A stretch of 64,000 bases of DNA from Vicugna vicugna (taxonomy: Eukaryota). The first letter of the stretch is position 1; each line of letters opens with the position of its first letter. The notes beneath the pieces were generated by a model, which saw only the letters and a program-made list of their open reading frames with translations, was not told the origin of the DNA and did no database searches. This document shows positions 63,779 to 64,000 of the stretch, piece by piece. The position numbers were made by a program, and so were the translations under genes. The stretch lies in assembly GCA_013265495.1 (NCBI GenBank), contig MU058198.1, positions 5,657,779 through 5,721,778 of the forward strand, written 5' to 3'.

Positions 63779-64000
63779 AACTGCAGCCCAGTGGCCACTG
63801 CTAGACCTTGGAAAGCCTTGGCAGAGAACCTGCTTATTTAGAGAGGGTCCGAGGGACGAACAGCACCGAAGCTTGGCGGTGGCCAGGGCGAGGGAATGGC
63901 CAGCACTGGCCCAGGACCTTTGAAAGGGCGTGACTTCTGTTGACTGAGGGCTTCCTCTTTGCCAGGCATTTTTCATGTGGGGTTATTTTAAACGCAGGGA

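Noticed and set aside
1..64000. CRISPR arrays, rRNA/tRNA genes, operon-like prokaryotic systems
   Set aside because: The sequence is mammalian; I saw no regularly spaced repeat-spacer array or structured RNA gene

Overview
Mammalian genomic DNA, repeat-rich, with no intact protein-coding gene I can support. The window looks like a gene desert or long intron. It is dominated by ancient eutherian repeats: MIR, L2, MaLR/ERVL LTRs (MLT1, MER21, LTR16), hAT and Tc1/pogo DNA transposons, old L1M fragments and a ~3.9 kb decayed L1 ORF2 copy. Cetartiodactyl-type L1 3' ends and a Tigger1a_Art-like element are present, and I recognised no Alu, B1, Bov-tA/BovB, PRE-1 or Can-SINE. This suggests a non-ruminant, non-suid cetartiodactyl, most likely a camelid (inference). 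Repeat subfamily names come from recalled consensus similarity, not a database search, and boundaries are approximate. Highlights: (1) a ~1.75 kb repeat-free, coding-like but frameshifted Ser/Thr-rich segment at 34.1-35.9 kb, preceded by CCAAT/palindrome/TATA elements and followed by possible further exons, a candidate unitary pseudogene; (2) a 109-bp inverted duplication (6153-6261 / 7326-7434) copying enhancer-like sequence into an L2; (3) a tiny TSD-flanked, polyadenylated retroposed insert at 33079-33176; (4) several homeodomain/TALE-motif-rich unique blocks; (5) a CpG island at about 63.17-63.62 kb.
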